IMG/VR virus record: IMGVR_UViG_3300023175_000009 | Strand: one strand, 5' to 3' | Source: a virus | DNA length: 64,000 bases | In this document: piece after piece, positions 18,401 to 33,100 of the stretch | Position numbering within the stretch: position 1 is the first letter of the stretch | How the letters are laid out: the number at the start of each line of letters is the position of its first letter | Program-made: the position numbers and the translations under genes | Notes under the pieces: generated by a model | Told to the model about the DNA's origin: nothing | What the model saw: the letters and a program-made list of their open reading frames with translations, nothing else | The model's database searches: none

Positions 18401-21400
18401 TTAGTCAGACTTAAGCTGATCGATTTCATCTTTCAAATCCTTAATTGCTTCGATGAGAAGACCAACCATATTTCCGTAAGCAACACTCTTTGTTTTATTT
18501 TCATCATCAGCAGTATGTACTACTTCTGGTAAAATCTTTTCTACTTCTTGCGCAATAACACCGATAGATCTTACATCTGGATTGTGTATCATATTATAAT
18601 AAACACCTCTCATTTCCACTACTTTTCTTAAAGCATCTTTAACTGTTTCTATATTTTCTTTATGTCTTTCGTCTGATAAAGATTCTACATCACCGGTTAT
18701 TGTTAAGTTACCAGTTGAGATATCTAATGATAATCTATCAACACTAGTTTGACTATCAGTAACAGTAAATGTGGTTGTTACTGCTGAATTTGCATCAAAA
18801 GTAAATTTAGTTCCTGTAGATTCCCAATAAGCTCGCACATATGGAGTTGCTTCTAAACCACCAAACGTCGCTGCTATATCTGATGTGAAATGTAAGTCAT
18901 CACCTACACCACCAGCAAATGTGGTTGCATTTAAATCACCAGTAATTGTAATATTACCAGCAACTTCTAAATTTTCGACTGTTAATGTATCTGCATCAGA
19001 TGTATAATAGAAGTTAGATTCACCACCTGGATTAGGACCAGTTGTACCCATAATCGGTCTATGAGTTGCTCCACCTTCAAACATTGCAATAAATACTGGA
19101 GTACCTTGTAAACCAGTTTCGTGAATATTTTGTAGGTTAGGAACACCACCTTGAATACCAGGTCCTTGTAAACCTTGAATACCTTGGAAACCTAATAAAC
19201 CTTGAACACCTTGGAATGCTTGTGTACCTTGCATACCTTGTACACCTTGTCCGGTAAATCCTTGGAAGCCATTTAAACCTTGTATTCCTTGTATTCCTTG
19301 TAAACCTTGAGCACCTGCACCAATAGGACCTTGGAAACCTAAATCACCTTGCAGACCTTGTACACCTTGGCCACCACCTACACCTGGATCACCAACCGAG
19401 CCTTGAATACCATAACTACCTTGGATGCCTTGCGGACCTTGGAAGCCTTCAGTTCCTTCCTCACCTGTTATACCTTGTATACCTTGGAAACCACCTATAC
19501 CTTGAATACCTTCGTCACCAATACCAGTAGGACCTTGGAAACCTTGTACACCTTGATTACCTTCTCCGCTAATACCTTGAGTACCTTGACCACCGGCGTC
19601 ACCTTCAGTACCTTGAGAGCCTTGGAAGCCTTGTGCACCAGTTCCTAATAAACCTTGAACACCTTGAACGCCTCCATCACCACCTGTACCTTGGAAACCT
19701 TGCGCACCCTGTGGACCTTGATTACCAAATCCAGCAGGACCAGTATCACCTTGTACACCTTGAATACCTTGATTAGATATACCTTGTAAGCCTTGGAAAC
19801 CTTGTACACCAGTAGCACCTACACCACCAATACCTTGAGTACCTTGGAAACCTCCACCACCTTGGATACCCTGTGGACCAAAGCTACCTTGCAATCCTTG
19901 GAAACCTTGAATACCTTCGTCTCCGCCTTCACCTTGCTCACCTTGTAAGCCTTGAATACCTTGTGCACCATCTGTACCTTGTGTACCGTCGCCACCAACA
20001 AAACCTGCAGTACCTTGGAAACCTTGTGTACCTTGAATACTTTGTGTACCTTGAATACCTTGAATACCAATTCCACTAACACCTTGTACACCTTGTCCAC
20101 CATCTGTACCTTGAGGACCGGCCGGACCTGGATCACCAATATCACCAGTTCTAGCAAATGTAATAATAATATCTTCGCCATCCGGGAATGAAGTAGTAGA
20201 TCCACTTACATAACTACAAGTAACTGAAAAATAACCAGAAACTTCTGCTAAAGCGGTAATCTGGAATACTGCGAAAATTGCAGGATCGGCTTTTTCTGTA
20301 ACCTTAAAGTGACCTTTCATTGTACTAGTTGAATCATCAATAGTTCTTAAGAAAGGTTGAATATCTGTAAAGCTATCATCTCTATCATCAATATACATCG
20401 TAGTAGCTGAATTTAGAGCTGTGTTATTGAATTTTAATTTACCTACACCAGGATCTACGTTTTGAGTATCTGTACTAAATGTATAATCAAATGTTACACC
20501 ACCAAATGAACCTGTTGCACCTTGGAAACCTGGACCACCTTGAATACCCGTAGCACCTTGAATACCTTGCGGACCAATTAATCCTGGAAAACCTTGTACA
20601 CCTTGGAAACCACTAGCACCTTGTGTACCTAATGTACCTTGTGTACCTTGAAGACCTAAACCTTGAGCACCTTGTAAACCTAATGTACCTTGTAGACCTT
20701 GCGCACCGTCTGTGCCTTGTATGCCTTGAGGACCAGCATCACCAGCTCTCGAGAATGTAAAGATTACGTTTGGATTATTTGTAAAATATGTAGATGTTGC
20801 ACCACTAGCGCCAGTAACATAAGTAATGTTCATGTCAAAGTGGTTTGTAAACTGTGTTAATCCTGTTAAGTTATATAGTAAGAATACCTCAGGATTATCT
20901 ATTGAAAGAATCTTAATAAATCCTTTAAAGTTACCAGCAGCATCATCTAAACTTGCTAACCATGTTTCAATATTAGTTCCACCTGCTTCAACATCATTCA
21001 TTCTTAATATTGTAGCATTAGAAGGAGCTGAATTATTAAACTTTAATAATCCTGAAGCTGGTGCTGATGGAGAAATATCAGGTGTATAATTATATTCAAA
21101 TGATGCACCACCAAATGCTCCTGCAAAACCTTGAGCACCTTGAATACCGTTTATACCTTGAATACCTTGAATTGATTGAGGACCTTGAATACCTTGTGGA
21201 CCAAAGTCACCTTGAATACCTTGAATACCTTGCGCAGCTTGAGCACCTTGAATACCTTGTGGACCAAAGTCACCTTGAATACCAATAGGACCTTGAATAC
21301 CTTGGAGACCATATGCAGCTGGGATGAAAGTAATATATGCATCTGACCCGTAAGTTGGAACAACTCCTGTAGTCCAACTTGTTCCAGGATTTGAATCTGT

Positions 21401-23647
21401 TCCACCTAATAAACCTTGATCAATAAGAGTTACATCAAAATTACCCCAGTCTGGCGAAGTATTTGAACTCCAAGTCCAGTTATCATAACTATATAATAAC
21501 CACTCATAATCTCCGCTAGCGTCTTTTTCTGTTCGAACAAAAATTTGACCTTTTGGATCTGCTGTATTATTAGCTAAGTAGTTATATAAATCATCAACTC
21601 TTTTACCGGTGTCTGTTAGATCATCAATCCAAAACTCAGTTACATTAGCAACGTCACTATTATTTAATGACCAACCATTTAATCCAGGAAAACCGCCCGA
21701 TGTACTTGAATTAAATGTATATTTGAAAGTCATTCCACCATCATAACCGATGCTACCTTGAAGACCTTGGATACCAGTATCACCTTGAATACCTGTAGTA
21801 CCTTGAATACCTTCTGGACCGGCTGGTGTAAATGTAATTAGTGTATTAGGACCATGATCATTTAATACATTATCCCAATCGTAAGATGCAACACCACCAG
21901 AAGCAATATACGTGACATCAAAAATACCATATGATTTAGTTCCGCTATCCCAACTAAATCCGTCTATTTGATAAACTACAAAGTGATGACCAGATGGACC
22001 ATCATTATCTGCAGTACTTTCAATAAGCATTTGTCCTTTTGGATTGCCAGGTAAAGTAGCAATATAATCAAAGAATTCGTCTAATTCATTATTATATTGA
22101 TTGTTAGGAATATCATCAATATAAATTGTGTTAGCAGTTCTAATATCTGTAGAATTATTTCTCCAATATTTTGCTGAAGCACCTGGAGTTTTGAAACTTT
22201 CATATTGCCATTCCCAAGTTAATCCACCGTGATCACCGGTATGTCCTTGTAATCCTTGGAAACCTTGTACACCTCTAGAACCTTGTAAGCCTTGAATACC
22301 TTGCATTCCTTGAATGCCTTGAATACCTTGTACACTTTGTGTGCCTTGTACACCTTGAATGCCTTGAAGACCTTGAATGCCTTGTGTACCTTGAATGCCA
22401 GTTGTGCCTTGTGTACCTTTTTCGCCTTGTAAACCTTGTACACCTTGGAAATTACGAGGTCCTTGTACACCTTGAGTGCCTTGAATACCAGTTGTGCCTT
22501 GCATTCCTTGAACACCTTGAACACCTTGATCACCGGTAATATCAAATGATACTAATAAAGGATTTTCTGTTGTGTTATAACTAAAGTCTCCTAAAACAGC
22601 ATCGCCTGAAATATATTGTACATCAAATTCCCAATAAGTATTTGCACCTGGTTGGTTGGTCATTCCATCGACACCAAATGTAACATAATTTGATGGATCA
22701 CCCCTTTGAGTAACTTTCATATACATCTTTCTACTAGAAGATGTAGTTGCTGCAGCAGTAAATAATCCTTCTAAATCTACATTATAAAAATCTAAATCGT
22801 CGATCCAGATTTGTGTAGTATTTGCAAAGTTTGCAGTATTACTTGTTGGTCCATCAATTAAGAATTTACCTGCTGTTGGATCTTGTTTTGTATTTGAAGC
22901 TAATGATAATCTGTATTCATATACACTACCTGAATCATCGCCATTATAACCTTGGAGACCTAGTGTACCTTGTACACCTTGGAATGCTTGCGGGCCTTGA
23001 ACACCCTGAACTCCTTGATCGCCTTGAATACCTTGTATGCCCTGTACTCCTTGTACACCCTGCACACCTTGAATACCTTGTGTGCCTTGCATTCCTTGAA
23101 TACCCTGAACACCTTGTGCTGCTTGAGTTCCTTGAATACCTTGAATACCTTGGAAACCAATAAAACCACGAGAACCTTGAATACCTTCGTCACCAAGAAT
23201 ACCTTGAACACCTTGAATTGCTTCACCTTGTAATCCTTGGAAACCTTGTACACCTCTAAATGAACCAACATTAATCCAAAGATCAGAACCACCTACATAG
23301 ATCCAAAGTGTATCATCTGATTGGTCAATTACACCATCACCAACACTTGATCCTGGAAATTCTGTTTCTAATACTGAAGTATTGCCATCTGCTGTTTCAC
23401 CAACAATAGTAAAACCTGGTCCATAAGCACCTTGGATACCTTGAACACCTTGAATACCTTGAACACCTTGTACTGTACCGTTAGCTTGACCAAGCTCAAC
23501 CCATGAAGTACCATCTGAAAGATAGACTTTTCCGTCATCGCCATATACCAAAGATCCTTCGTAAGGACTTGGATCTAATGTAATAGGAGTTGGTTGTGGC
23601 TTACCACTACCAATTATCCTGCTACCACTTATAGAACGAAAAGCCAT
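18401..23647 (-). CDS. Collagen-like (Gly-X-Gln) fibre with five repeated globular inserts and a C-terminal peptidase S74-type chaperone (1748 aa)
   Basis: Long G-[I/V/F/L/T]-Q triplet runs; C-terminus [13 protein letters not shown]...[15 protein letters not shown]...[17 protein letters not shown]. Confidence 0.9.
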   Translation of the reverse strand: MAFRSISGSRIIGSGKPQPTPITLDPSPYEGSLVYGDDGKVYLSDGTSWVELGQANGTVQGVQGIQGVQGIQGAYGPGFTIVGETADGNTSVLETEFPGSSVGDGVIDQSDDTLWIYVGGSDLWINVGSFRGVQGFQGLQGEAIQGVQGILGDEGIQGSRGFIGFQGIQGIQGTQAAQGVQGIQGMQGTQGIQGVQGVQGVQGIQGIQGDQGVQGVQGPQAFQGVQGTLGLQGYNGDDSGSVYEYRLSLASNTKQDPTAGKFLIDGPTSNTANFANTTQIWIDDLDFYNVDLEGLFTAAATTSSSRKMYMKVTQRGDPSNYVTFGVDGMTNQPGANTYWEFDVQYISGDAVLGDFSYNTTENPLLVSFDITGDQGVQGVQGMQGTTGIQGTQGVQGPRNFQGVQGLQGEKGTQGTTGIQGTQGIQGLQGIQGVQGTQSVQGIQGIQGMQGIQGLQGSRGVQGFQGLQGHTGDHGGLTWEWQYESFKTPGASAKYWRNNSTDIRTANTIYIDDIPNNQYNNELDEFFDYIATLPGNPKGQMLIESTADNDGPSGHHFVVYQIDGFSWDSGTKSYGIFDVTYIASGGVASYDWDNVLNDHGPNTLITFTPAGPEGIQGTTGIQGDTGIQGLQGSIGYDGGMTFKYTFNSSTSGGFPGLNGWSLNNSDVANVTEFWIDDLTDTGKRVDDLYNYLANNTADPKGQIFVRTEKDASGDYEWLLYSYDNWTWSSNTSPDWGNFDVTLIDQGLLGGTDSNPGTSWTTGVVPTYGSDAYITFIPAAYGLQGIQGPIGIQGDFGPQGIQGAQAAQGIQGIQGDFGPQGIQGPQSIQGIQGINGIQGAQGFAGAFGGASFEYNYTPDISPSAPASGLLKFNNSAPSNATILRMNDVEAGGTNIETWLASLDDAAGNFKGFIKILSIDNPEVFLLYNLTGLTQFTNHFDMNITYVTGASGATSTYFTNNPNVIFTFSRAGDAGPQGIQGTDGAQGLQGTLGLQGAQGLGLQGTQGTLGTQGASGFQGVQGFPGLIGPQGIQGATGIQGGPGFQGATGSFGGVTFDYTFSTDTQNVDPGVGKLKFNNTALNSATTMYIDDRDDSFTDIQPFLRTIDDSTSTMKGHFKVTEKADPAIFAVFQITALAEVSGYFSVTCSYVSGSTTSFPDGEDIIITFARTGDIGDPGPAGPQGTDGGQGVQGVSGIGIQGIQGTQSIQGTQGFQGTAGFVGGDGTQGTDGAQGIQGLQGEQGEGGDEGIQGFQGLQGSFGPQGIQGGGGFQGTQGIGGVGATGVQGFQGLQGISNQGIQGVQGDTGPAGFGNQGPQGAQGFQGTGGDGGVQGVQGLLGTGAQGFQGSQGTEGDAGGQGTQGISGEGNQGVQGFQGPTGIGDEGIQGIGGFQGIQGITGEEGTEGFQGPQGIQGSYGIQGSVGDPGVGGGQGVQGLQGDLGFQGPIGAGAQGLQGIQGIQGLNGFQGFTGQGVQGMQGTQAFQGVQGLLGFQGIQGLQGPGIQGGVPNLQNIHETGLQGTPVFIAMFEGGATHRPIMGTTGPNPGGESNFYYTSDADTLTVENLEVAGNITITGDLNATTFAGGVGDDLHFTSDIAATFGGLEATPYVRAYWESTGTKFTFDANSAVTTTFTVTDSQTSVDRLSLDISTGNLTITGDVESLSDERHKENIETVKDALRKVVEMRGVYYNMIHNPDVRSIGVIAQEVEKILPEVVHTADDENKTKSVAYGNMVGLLIEAIKDLKDEIDQLKSD
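19140..23475. repeat. Degenerate 9-bp tandem repeats (ccttgNNNa) encoding collagen triplets
   Basis: Visible 9-nt periodicity, e.g. ccttgaata/ccttgtaca/ccttggaaa; exact 39-nt duplicate at 21182-21220 and 21245-21283. Confidence 0.9.
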
Positions 23648-23673
23648 TTATTTCTCCTTCAAAATTTTATTCA

Positions 23674-24129
23674 TTAATCAACGTCATATTCTTCTGACTG
23701 GCCAATTGTATATGATATAGTTGCATCAAGTGCTAAATTAGTATCGCACTTCGCTTCCAAAAGATCACCGGACGCAAAAAACTGTCCGTTAAGTGGAATT
23801 GGAATAGTATCATAAGCCGGCACAGGCATATTTCTAATTAGATAATAATTATCATTTTGCTCAAATCTATAGATTCTAACATCTAAATTAACAGTATTTG
23901 CAGTTTTATTACTAATAATAAATGGAGAGATTACCTCACCAACGCCCGGCTCAACTGTAGTAGATCCACCAAATACAAGTTCTGGTACCTCAAATTTTGG
24001 AACCGTAATAACTTCTTGCCAATTGGTTGATAATTCTAAATTTTTTCCTATCGGCAACGCGTCAGGCGCTTGGGAAGTCTCAACGATTGTGATTCCTGTA
24101 TTTGCCTCTATATAAGTTGTGTATGCCAT
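23674..24129 (-). CDS. Hypothetical virion-associated protein (151 aa)
   Basis: Clean ORF between structural genes with an AGGA RBS and beta-rich composition. Confidence 0.65.
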   Translation of the reverse strand: MAYTTYIEANTGITIVETSQAPDALPIGKNLELSTNWQEVITVPKFEVPELVFGGSTTVEPGVGEVISPFIISNKTANTVNLDVRIYRFEQNDNYYLIRNMPVPAYDTIPIPLNGQFFASGDLLEAKCDTNLALDATISYTIGQSEEYDVD

Positions 24130-24180
24130 TTTAAATTTTTCCTATGTTTATAATCATTATCTATGTTATTTATCTATTTT

Positions 24181-27100
24181 TTACAAGGCTGCTCTACTAT
24201 TAGAAGCACGTCTCGCAAGTTTTCTCACTGAAGAGGTAAACGGTCTTCCTTCAATTCTACCCGTTCTACCATTAATTCTTAGTCCTCTTGCAAAGTATTG
24301 GTTGTTCAATTCATCTGCGCCAGACCATCTAATTCTACCACCATCTTCGGAAAGAACAGAAGCTGTTGCTGAAATAGCAGAACCTAAGTTTCTAAAGTTA
24401 AGTGGTAATGCGTTTCTATTAACACCTGCTGATGCACCGTTAAACTGGTGAGCAATTGATTCAACTAACGAACCAAATGTTAAGAAATTAGGTCTTAATA
24501 CACCCTGAATAAGTACATCATTAAATAATCCATTAACCATTTGTGTATGAGCTAAATTAGGACTTAAATTACCAGTAATATAATCTCTCATTTGTTGCCA
24601 AGCAAAATAGAATGATTCTAAAAGATCTACATTATTATTACCTGCAGTTTCCCAAGATGTACCATTCCAATAATGAATAACACCATCATATCTATTACCA
24701 TTCCAGCTAGTTGGAATAATATAAGCATCGTTACGTTTCATACCAGTTAATGCATCTCTTTGTGTTTGAGATTGTACTGTACCCTTAAATCTTAAATCTT
24801 GCCATCCAGAGAATGAAGTAGGTGGATTAAATACTGGGAATACATGTTTAGAATCAATATTAAATAATGCTGCTACTACTGATCTTGTACCTTGATCGCT
24901 ACCTTCATCACCATTTGTTGGATTAGTATATTTGAAGTCATTAGCAATAAACTCAAGAATATTTCCAGCATCACGTCTAGTCTTAGGTAAGTCAATAAAC
25001 TTATAAGTCATTCCAATAAATCTTTGTACTTCTTTTTGGAGATTAATTCTATTATTATTTAAGATTAATCTAGCAAACTTAAATTCTTTATTATCATCGT
25101 AATCGAAGTTAGGCTCAACTAATGGACCTAAAGCGTTAACATCGTTATTTAAGAATGCTCTATAGAAAATCATTCCTAACTCTTCTGCTTCTTCTGATAA
25201 AGCCTTAGTACTAACATCGGTTCTTACAACCTGACCAGGTAATTTACCAAGAACACAATCACGAGCTAATCTACCTAATACACGATATGCTTGTCCAGTT
25301 GGAACTTGCTGATCGGCTGGGATTCTAAAGATGTTATTCCAGAAGTAGAAATCTGCATTCCATCTTGAAGCAGAATTACCACCGTAGTTAAGATCGAAAC
25401 TAAATGCATCTAACAAGTAATGACCATCTCTATAACACTTAGACTTATCATAATCTAATACGTTATATTCTTTATTAATCCATGTAGTAACTTCATCTGA
25501 TAATACATCTAAGTTATCATCAATTTCTTTACCAGCCCAAATTAAATCTTCATCAACCCATGAAGTATCAGGCTCTCTAATTTCTGGTACTGCATCTAAA
25601 CTATCTCTTCTAATTGCTTCTTCGATAATTCTAACTAAGCTTGCTACTTCTTCACCAATTGCTGAAGTACTTGCTACACCTGAAACATCTTGTCCAGGAG
25701 CTAATTCTTGTACAATATCACTTACATAGTTTGCCATTTCAGCATAGAACTCTGCAGTTTGTTGTCTTTGATCGTATGGTAAAACACTTGTACCATAACT
25801 AAAGTACATGTTAGCATTTAATCTAGTAGCATAGTTAGTGTTATAGTTAATATCATGTGATAATGCATCTACAATAATACCAACATCTCTTCTACATTTA
25901 TCTTGAGGATAACTTAAACCTTTGTATTCTTTAGTAATAAAGTTAATCATATCCTTAGTTAATGACTCGTTTGCACGATCAAGAATCTGTTTAGAATCTT
26001 TAAGATCTGCTGTAGCCCAATCAAGTAATGGCTCAACCTTATATGGTAATGCAGTAGGATTATTTTCGTAAACTACATTTGCAATAATCATTGCTTTTTC
26101 TTTAGCTTCGTTAGCAATTCTTCTTCTAGCAACTAAACCTGATCTATCTTGTTTAATATGATTACCAGTAATTTGAGTAACTGCATTCTTAGAAGCACTT
26201 ACAAATGTATGAGCTCCATCATATCCTTTAGCAGAGCCAACATTAACTGTAATTGTATTTAATCCAACTGATGTAATCTTTAATGGCTTATCAAATGCAG
26301 GATCGGTAGTTCTTGGATGAGAAATTTGAACTGCAGGAGAACCACAACTAAATGTTAAACTCTCTTTAGCAAGTTTGATATAATCACCTGCATTAAGAGT
26401 ATGCTTACCAATTGTAAGAACTGCTTCACCAGTTGATACATCATAAGTTGCACTTGATGGTGTCCAACGATTACCTGTCTTAACAGTAATTTCTTCGTTT
26501 CTAATAATATCCCAAACAACGTCTGCCATATGAGTAAATGCTCTTCTTGTAGGTTCTCTTTGTGCTACAGGAAGTAAGTTAACTGCATTTACAAAATAAA
26601 TTTGTGCTGCATTCCAAACTGCACTATTACCACCATATTGGATATCGTGTGATAATGCATCTACCATATAACCAACATCTCTTCTACATTTGTTTTGGTT
26701 ATATTCTAAATAATTGAATTGATCTTTTAAGTACTTAGTTACACCAGTAGAAAGAGTTGAAAGTCTTCCACCAATGATTGCTGCTTCTACATTATAATCG
26801 TAATCTGTTCCAAGAGTTGATTGAGCCTCTCTTGCTGCTGGAGCTGCATCAAATGTATTTGCTGCAATAACGTCTGCAACTAAATTCCAACCATCTTGTA
26901 CATCTTGAGCAATACCTGCTGCAACAGGACCAAATCCTAATTTTTCTTGTGGAGTTGTATTACCCGCAGTTGGAGTAACAGTTTGTTTAGTTACTAATAA
27001 TTCTGAAACATTACCTAAGTGAGTATATAATTGTGATGTTGCTGATCTTTGATCTGCAGGTAATATAGATAATCCATTTTCAAAATACATTCTTGCGACA

Positions 27101-30100
27101 TCTAACATACCAACATTACAATCATGTTGAACGTCATATGAAATTGCGTCAACAATATATCCAATATCTCTGCGACACTTATCAGCGTCATAAGTTAAAC
27201 CTGGAGCATTAATTGCTATCCAAGCAATTGCTTCTGACTTTAAGAAATCTTTATTTAATTGTAATCCGGTTTGAGCATTAATATAATTACTACCTTGAGA
27301 ACCGACACCATAAACGTATCCAACTGTTTCTGGATCGTAGTCATTAATCATTGCGTCTTTAAGATTTTCAAACGCTGCTGTTGCTCTTGTTAATGCAGTA
27401 CCTGTTAAACGTGATTCAATATCTTTTTGAATCCAATTAACAGCTTGAACAGTTTCTGCTAATTGATCTTGTACTACAACTTCTGTTCCGGGATTACCTG
27501 ATCTATAAACTTTACCAGCAATTAATGAATTATAATTAGCTCCAGTTTCTACATCTCTTCTAACTGCATCTAAAATATAACCTGTATCTCTTGCGCATTT
27601 ACCACTATCAAATGTGAAGTATTCGTCATTGATAAAGTTAATAATTTCTTCTTGAATAAATTCTTTATTATTTTGTAAAGCTTTTCTAGCAAATGTTCTA
27701 CTTGGCATCATAGCAGGAGCACCTGATGATTCAGGTATTCCATTTGTTGAATTATCATCAACAATTGCTGAAATAATATTTACAAGGTCTTTACCAGCAG
27801 CTGCTATAGTAGCAGATCCAGGTGTTCCAGACTTATCTTGTGTGCTCGAATTCCCTGATGTAGGTGTTACTGTAGTTTCTTCGATAATATCTTCAACTAC
27901 ATTGGCAAGATACTCATATGCTAATCTAGTAGGTTCTCTTTGATTTTCTGGTAAGATATTAATAGCATTATTAAAGTAGTAAGTTGCAGCATTTACAGTT
28001 GCATCATTACCACCGTATTCTAAATCTTCTGAAACCGCGTCAACAATATATCCAATATCTCTATAACAGAAATCAGTATTATATCCAAGACCATTATAAG
28101 TTTCTCTAATATAATCGATAATTTCTTGCTGATATTTAGCTGAGCTACCAGAAATTAATTGTGAATCTGTATCTAACGCAGAATCGTAACCTATGACTGT
28201 ATCATCATACGCTGGTTCTTTAACTGCAGGTAATTCACCAAAGTCGCTATGTCTAATCATAGTAGCAACTGTACTTAATAGACTTTCTACTTTTTCTGAT
28301 GTTGTTGGATTAGAAGCTTTCTTAACACAATTAACATTTGCACTTACAAATGTATGAACACCAGCATAACCATTTGGAGCAGCACCAACTTGAATCTTAA
28401 TAGTTGAATCAGTTGTTTCTAATACTTCTACTGGAGTATTAAATGCCGGATCAGTTGCTCTTGGATGTGAAATAGTTGTTACAACACCTGTTGCAGTATT
28501 AGCACAACTAAATGTAATTGAATCTTGATCCATAATAATCCAATCACCTTTTTCTAATCTATGAGTACCAATAGTAAGTACTGAGATACCAGTAGTTGGA
28601 TCGTAAGTTGCTGTTGATGGAGTATAAGCAGGAGCCATATTTGCTTTCTTAACTGCATTAGCATCGGCTGATACAAAAGTATGAGCTCCGGTGTAACCAC
28701 CTGCATCACCAACATCTATAGTAATTGTATTAGAGGTTGCTGAAATAATAGTAATTGGTTCATTAAACTTAGGATCAGTCGCTCTAGGATGCGAAATATT
28801 AACTGTTGTATTTGCTACAGTATTAGCACATGAGAATGTAATTGATTCTTCAGCAAGAATAACTCTATCACCTTCTCTTAAGTTATGAGTACCAATATCG
28901 ATTGTTGAAATACCAGTAGTTGGATTGTATGAAGCATCAACAGGAGTATAGAAATCAGAAGATCTAATACTTTCTGGTTCAGCACTTACAAAGGTATGAG
29001 CACCTGTGTAACCACCAGCATTACCTGAATTAAATGTAATTGTATTTGCAGTAACTTCTGTAATTGTTGCTGGAGTATTTCCACCCATTGGATCTGTCGA
29101 ACGAGGATGCGAAATTTCTACAGTTGTATTAGCAGCAGTATTAGCACATGAGAATGTAATAGCACCCTCATCAATTGTAATTCTGTCACCAACAGTAAAT
29201 TGATGTTTACCAACAGTAAGTACTGTATCACCAGTAACTGGATCATAAGTAGCATTTGTTGCACTATATGTAGATCCTGCACTTCTTACTTGTTGATTTT
29301 CTGCTGATCTTACAGCTCCAGAGTCTGCACTTACAAAAGTATGAGCTCCGGTGTAACCACCTGCATCACCAACATCTATAGTAATAGAAGTTGGAGTAAC
29401 ACTTAATACTGTAATAGGAGTATTAAATGATGGATCAGTTGGTCTTGGATGTGAAATATTAATAACAGTGTTAGAAGCAGTATTAGCACAAGAGAATGTA
29501 ATTGATTCTTGATTTAATCTAATTCTATCACCTGGTTCGAAATCGTGTGAACCAATTGTTAATGAAGAAATACCTGTAACTGGATCATAAGTAGCATTAC
29601 TTACATCATACTCTGCATAATTTGCTGCATCTACAATTTCGTTTCTTACAATTTGTCCAGCAACTTCTGCAACATGATCGAATGCTGCTGCTGTTGGATG
29701 TCTTTCTTCGATTGGTAATATTGCAACTGCATGATCATAATACATTCTTGAATTATGAACTGTAGCAGAATTAGAACCATGTTGAATATCCCAAGCTGCC
29801 GCATCAATAAACCAACCAACATCTCTTTCACACTTAGTTGAACTATAATCTAAGTTTGGATATCTACCATTAATCCATGCTGTTGTTTCATCAATGATAA
29901 ATTGTCTATTTGCTTGTAATGCTTTACTTGCTTCGTATGCTTCATCATTAACATATGAAGTACCAAAGTCTTTAGCAGGATTAGCAGTTACTGCATCAGC
30001 AATTGCACTCACAAATGTATGAGCTCCTGTATAACCATTAGCATCTCCAACATTAACTGTAATAGAAGTATTAGATGTTGCAGTAATTTCTAATGGAGCA

Positions 30101-33100
30101 TTGAATGATGGATCAGTAGTTCTTGGATGAGAAATTTCAACTGCTGGAGAACCACAACTAAATGTTAAACCTTCTTGTTTTAAGTAAATAGTATCACCAG
30201 TAGTAAATGTATGACTACCAATTGTTATTTCTGAAATACCTGTAACTGGATCATAAGTCGCATTTGTTGGAGTATATGAACCGTGTTTAAGAGTTTGAAT
30301 TGTAGCATCAAATGCATTATTAGCATATTGTTTAGCATCAGCATCTGAAAGCATATTCCAAATTTCTTCTTTAAGCCATTCTAATGCACCAACTGTTTCT
30401 GTTAATTCATTTTCAACTACCGAATCTGTTGAAGCATTACCCGAACGATATGCTAATCCGTGGAATACACTATTAACATTTGAACCTGTTAATACATCTC
30501 TTGCAACTGCTTTTAAGATTAGATCAGTATCGCGTTTACATAATGCATCTTTATAAACAAAATAATTATCTCTAATCCACGCGTCAATTTCATCCTGAAT
30601 AAATTTCTTATTCGCTTGAAGTTGTCTACGCGCGTATGTTCCATCCTGAGTAGCAGAGACTTTCATTATAGCGTCTGCATCTGCACTTACAAACGTATGA
30701 GCACCAGTATAACCATTGGCCGCGCCAACGTTAACGGTAAATGTGTTTGTAGTTGCTGCTGTAATCTCTAACGGTAGGCCGTATGCCATATCCCCGATTC
30801 TTGGGTTAGAAATTTCAACAGTCGTATTAGCAGCAGTATTAGCACAGCTAAATCTAAAGCTCTCAGGTTTGATCTCAATATGATCGTTTGTTGTTAAACC
30901 GTGTCCTGTAATTGTTACAACGAAGTCACCTGTTGCTGGATCATAAGTTGCTGTTTCAGGTGTATGGAATGATTCAATCTTGGCAGCATCAGTCCAGTAA
31001 ATAGCATTTGTATCGATACAATCATCGAGAGCACTCACAAATGAATGATCTGCTGAGTAACCACCAGCATTACCTACATTAACAGTAATGGTAGTACCAG
31101 TCACATCTGTGATTCTCACAGGGCTATTATAAGCAGGATCTGTTGGTCTTGGATGTGAAATAGTTTCTACATATGAAGCATTTGCTGTATTAGCACATGT
31201 CATTGTAATACTTTCTGGTGCCATTGAAATCCATTTACCAATATTAAGATTATGATGACCAATTACAAATGTCATATCACCAGTAACTGGATCGTAAATA
31301 GCATCTGTTGGTGTAACCTTACCACTATAAGCAGAGGTCTTAGTAATTGATAATGGTTTAGCACTTATAAATGTATGAGCTCCAGTGTAACCACCAGCAT
31401 TACCTACGTTAACACTAATTGTAGTATCGGTAACACTTAATACTGTAAGATCAGTATTGAAAGCTGGATCAGTTGATCTAGGATGAGAAATTTGAACTGC
31501 AGGAGAACCACATTCAAATGTTAGTGCTTCTTCAGCAATCTTAATAGTATCACCGGCTTTAATTGAATGAGGACCAACTGTAATTACTGAAATACCAGTA
31601 AGAACATTATAAGTTGCATTTGTTGGAGTAAATTTATTATTCGGGAATCCAACAGTCTTAACACAATTAGCATCAGCTGATACAAAAGTATGAGCTCCAG
31701 TGTAACCACCAGCGTCTCCACTAAAGAATGTAATAGTATCATCTGTAATACCAGTAATTTCTACTAATGAATTATAATTAGGATCTGTAAATCTTGGATG
31801 TGAAATACTAACAACAGTATTAGAAGAAGTATTAGCACAACTAAATGTGATTGATTCTTTATTTAATACAATTCTATCACCAACTTTAATTCCATGTTCA
31901 GGAATAGTAAGAACGGTAATACCAGTATTTGGATTATATGTAGCATCAGTTGGAGTGTAAGAATCATTTACACTAGTATATTGTTTAACACAATTTAATT
32001 TAGCTCTTGCAAATGTATGAGCACCTGTGTAACCATTAGCGCCACCTACATAAATTTTAATTGTATTATCTGTTGCTTCAAAAATAGTAATTGGACTTTC
32101 AAATGCTGGATCAGTTGATCTAGGATGAGAAATTTCTGTAATAACAGAAGCATTTGCTGTATTAGCACAAGAGAAAGTTAAACCTTCTTCGGAAAGAAGA
32201 ATTTGATCTCCAACTTCGAAACCATGATTTTCAATAGTTAATTCTGAAACACCTGTTGATGGATCGTATGTTGCATTAGATGGAGTAAACTCTCTACCAT
32301 CATTTTGCATAATATTAATAAAGTTATCAAATGCTTCATTAGCATGATAGATTGCAATAGGATCTGAAAGAGCATCTTCAACTTCACTCTTTAAGTGAGT
32401 AAATGCGCCAACCGTTTCTGTAAGTTGTGATCCAGGAACTGCAGTAGTAATACCTTGACGATAAGCAATACCTGATTGAATAGCATTAAAGTTAGAACCA
32501 GATACCATATCACGTTTAACAGCAGGAAGAATATATTCTTGGGTATCACGTTGACATTTTTCGCTATCGTATAAGAAGTAATTAGAATCTGCCCAATCCA
32601 TCATGTAAGATTGGATATAATCTTTATTAGTTTGTAATTGCTTACGAGCATTTCTTCTATCTGCTGAAATAGAAGTTGAATCACTAAATGTGATTTCTGT
32701 ACCAACTACCGATACTGAATCAAATTCTGCTTTAACAAATGTATGAACGCCTTTATAAGGTGTTGCACCAACATTAACTGTGAATGTTGTAGAAGTAACT
32801 GAAAGGATTGGAAGCGCTGAACTTGTAGCAGGATCTCCTAATCTTGGATGTGAAAATATTAATGTATTATTATCAGTATCACAAGTAAATTGTAAACTTT
32901 CAGGCATTAAGTTAATGTATCTTCCTACAGTTAGTGAATGAGCACCAATTGTAAATACAGCCTCACCTGTTGCAGGATCATAACTTACATTTGTTGGAGT
33001 ATACTTAGTTCCATTATTTTCTATAATATCAATAATTTGATTAAACTTATCATAAGCTCTTACTGCACCTAATGCAGTGTTTGCTTCGATAATTCTGTCT

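Noticed and set aside
19349-23292. Alternative-frame and antisense ORFs (VFKVFK..., LEYLEY..., TLNTLN...)
   Set aside because: Shadow translations of the stop-poor collagen repeat, with no RBS or independent signal.
19140-23475. CRISPR array or non-coding satellite
   Set aside because: The 9-bp periodicity is fully explained by Gly-X-Gln codons; there is no repeat-spacer structure.
24167-24174. Variant late promoters GATAAATA (24167-24174) and AATAAATA (49354-49361)
   Set aside because: One mismatch each in very AT-rich gaps; plausible but not distinguishable from chance.
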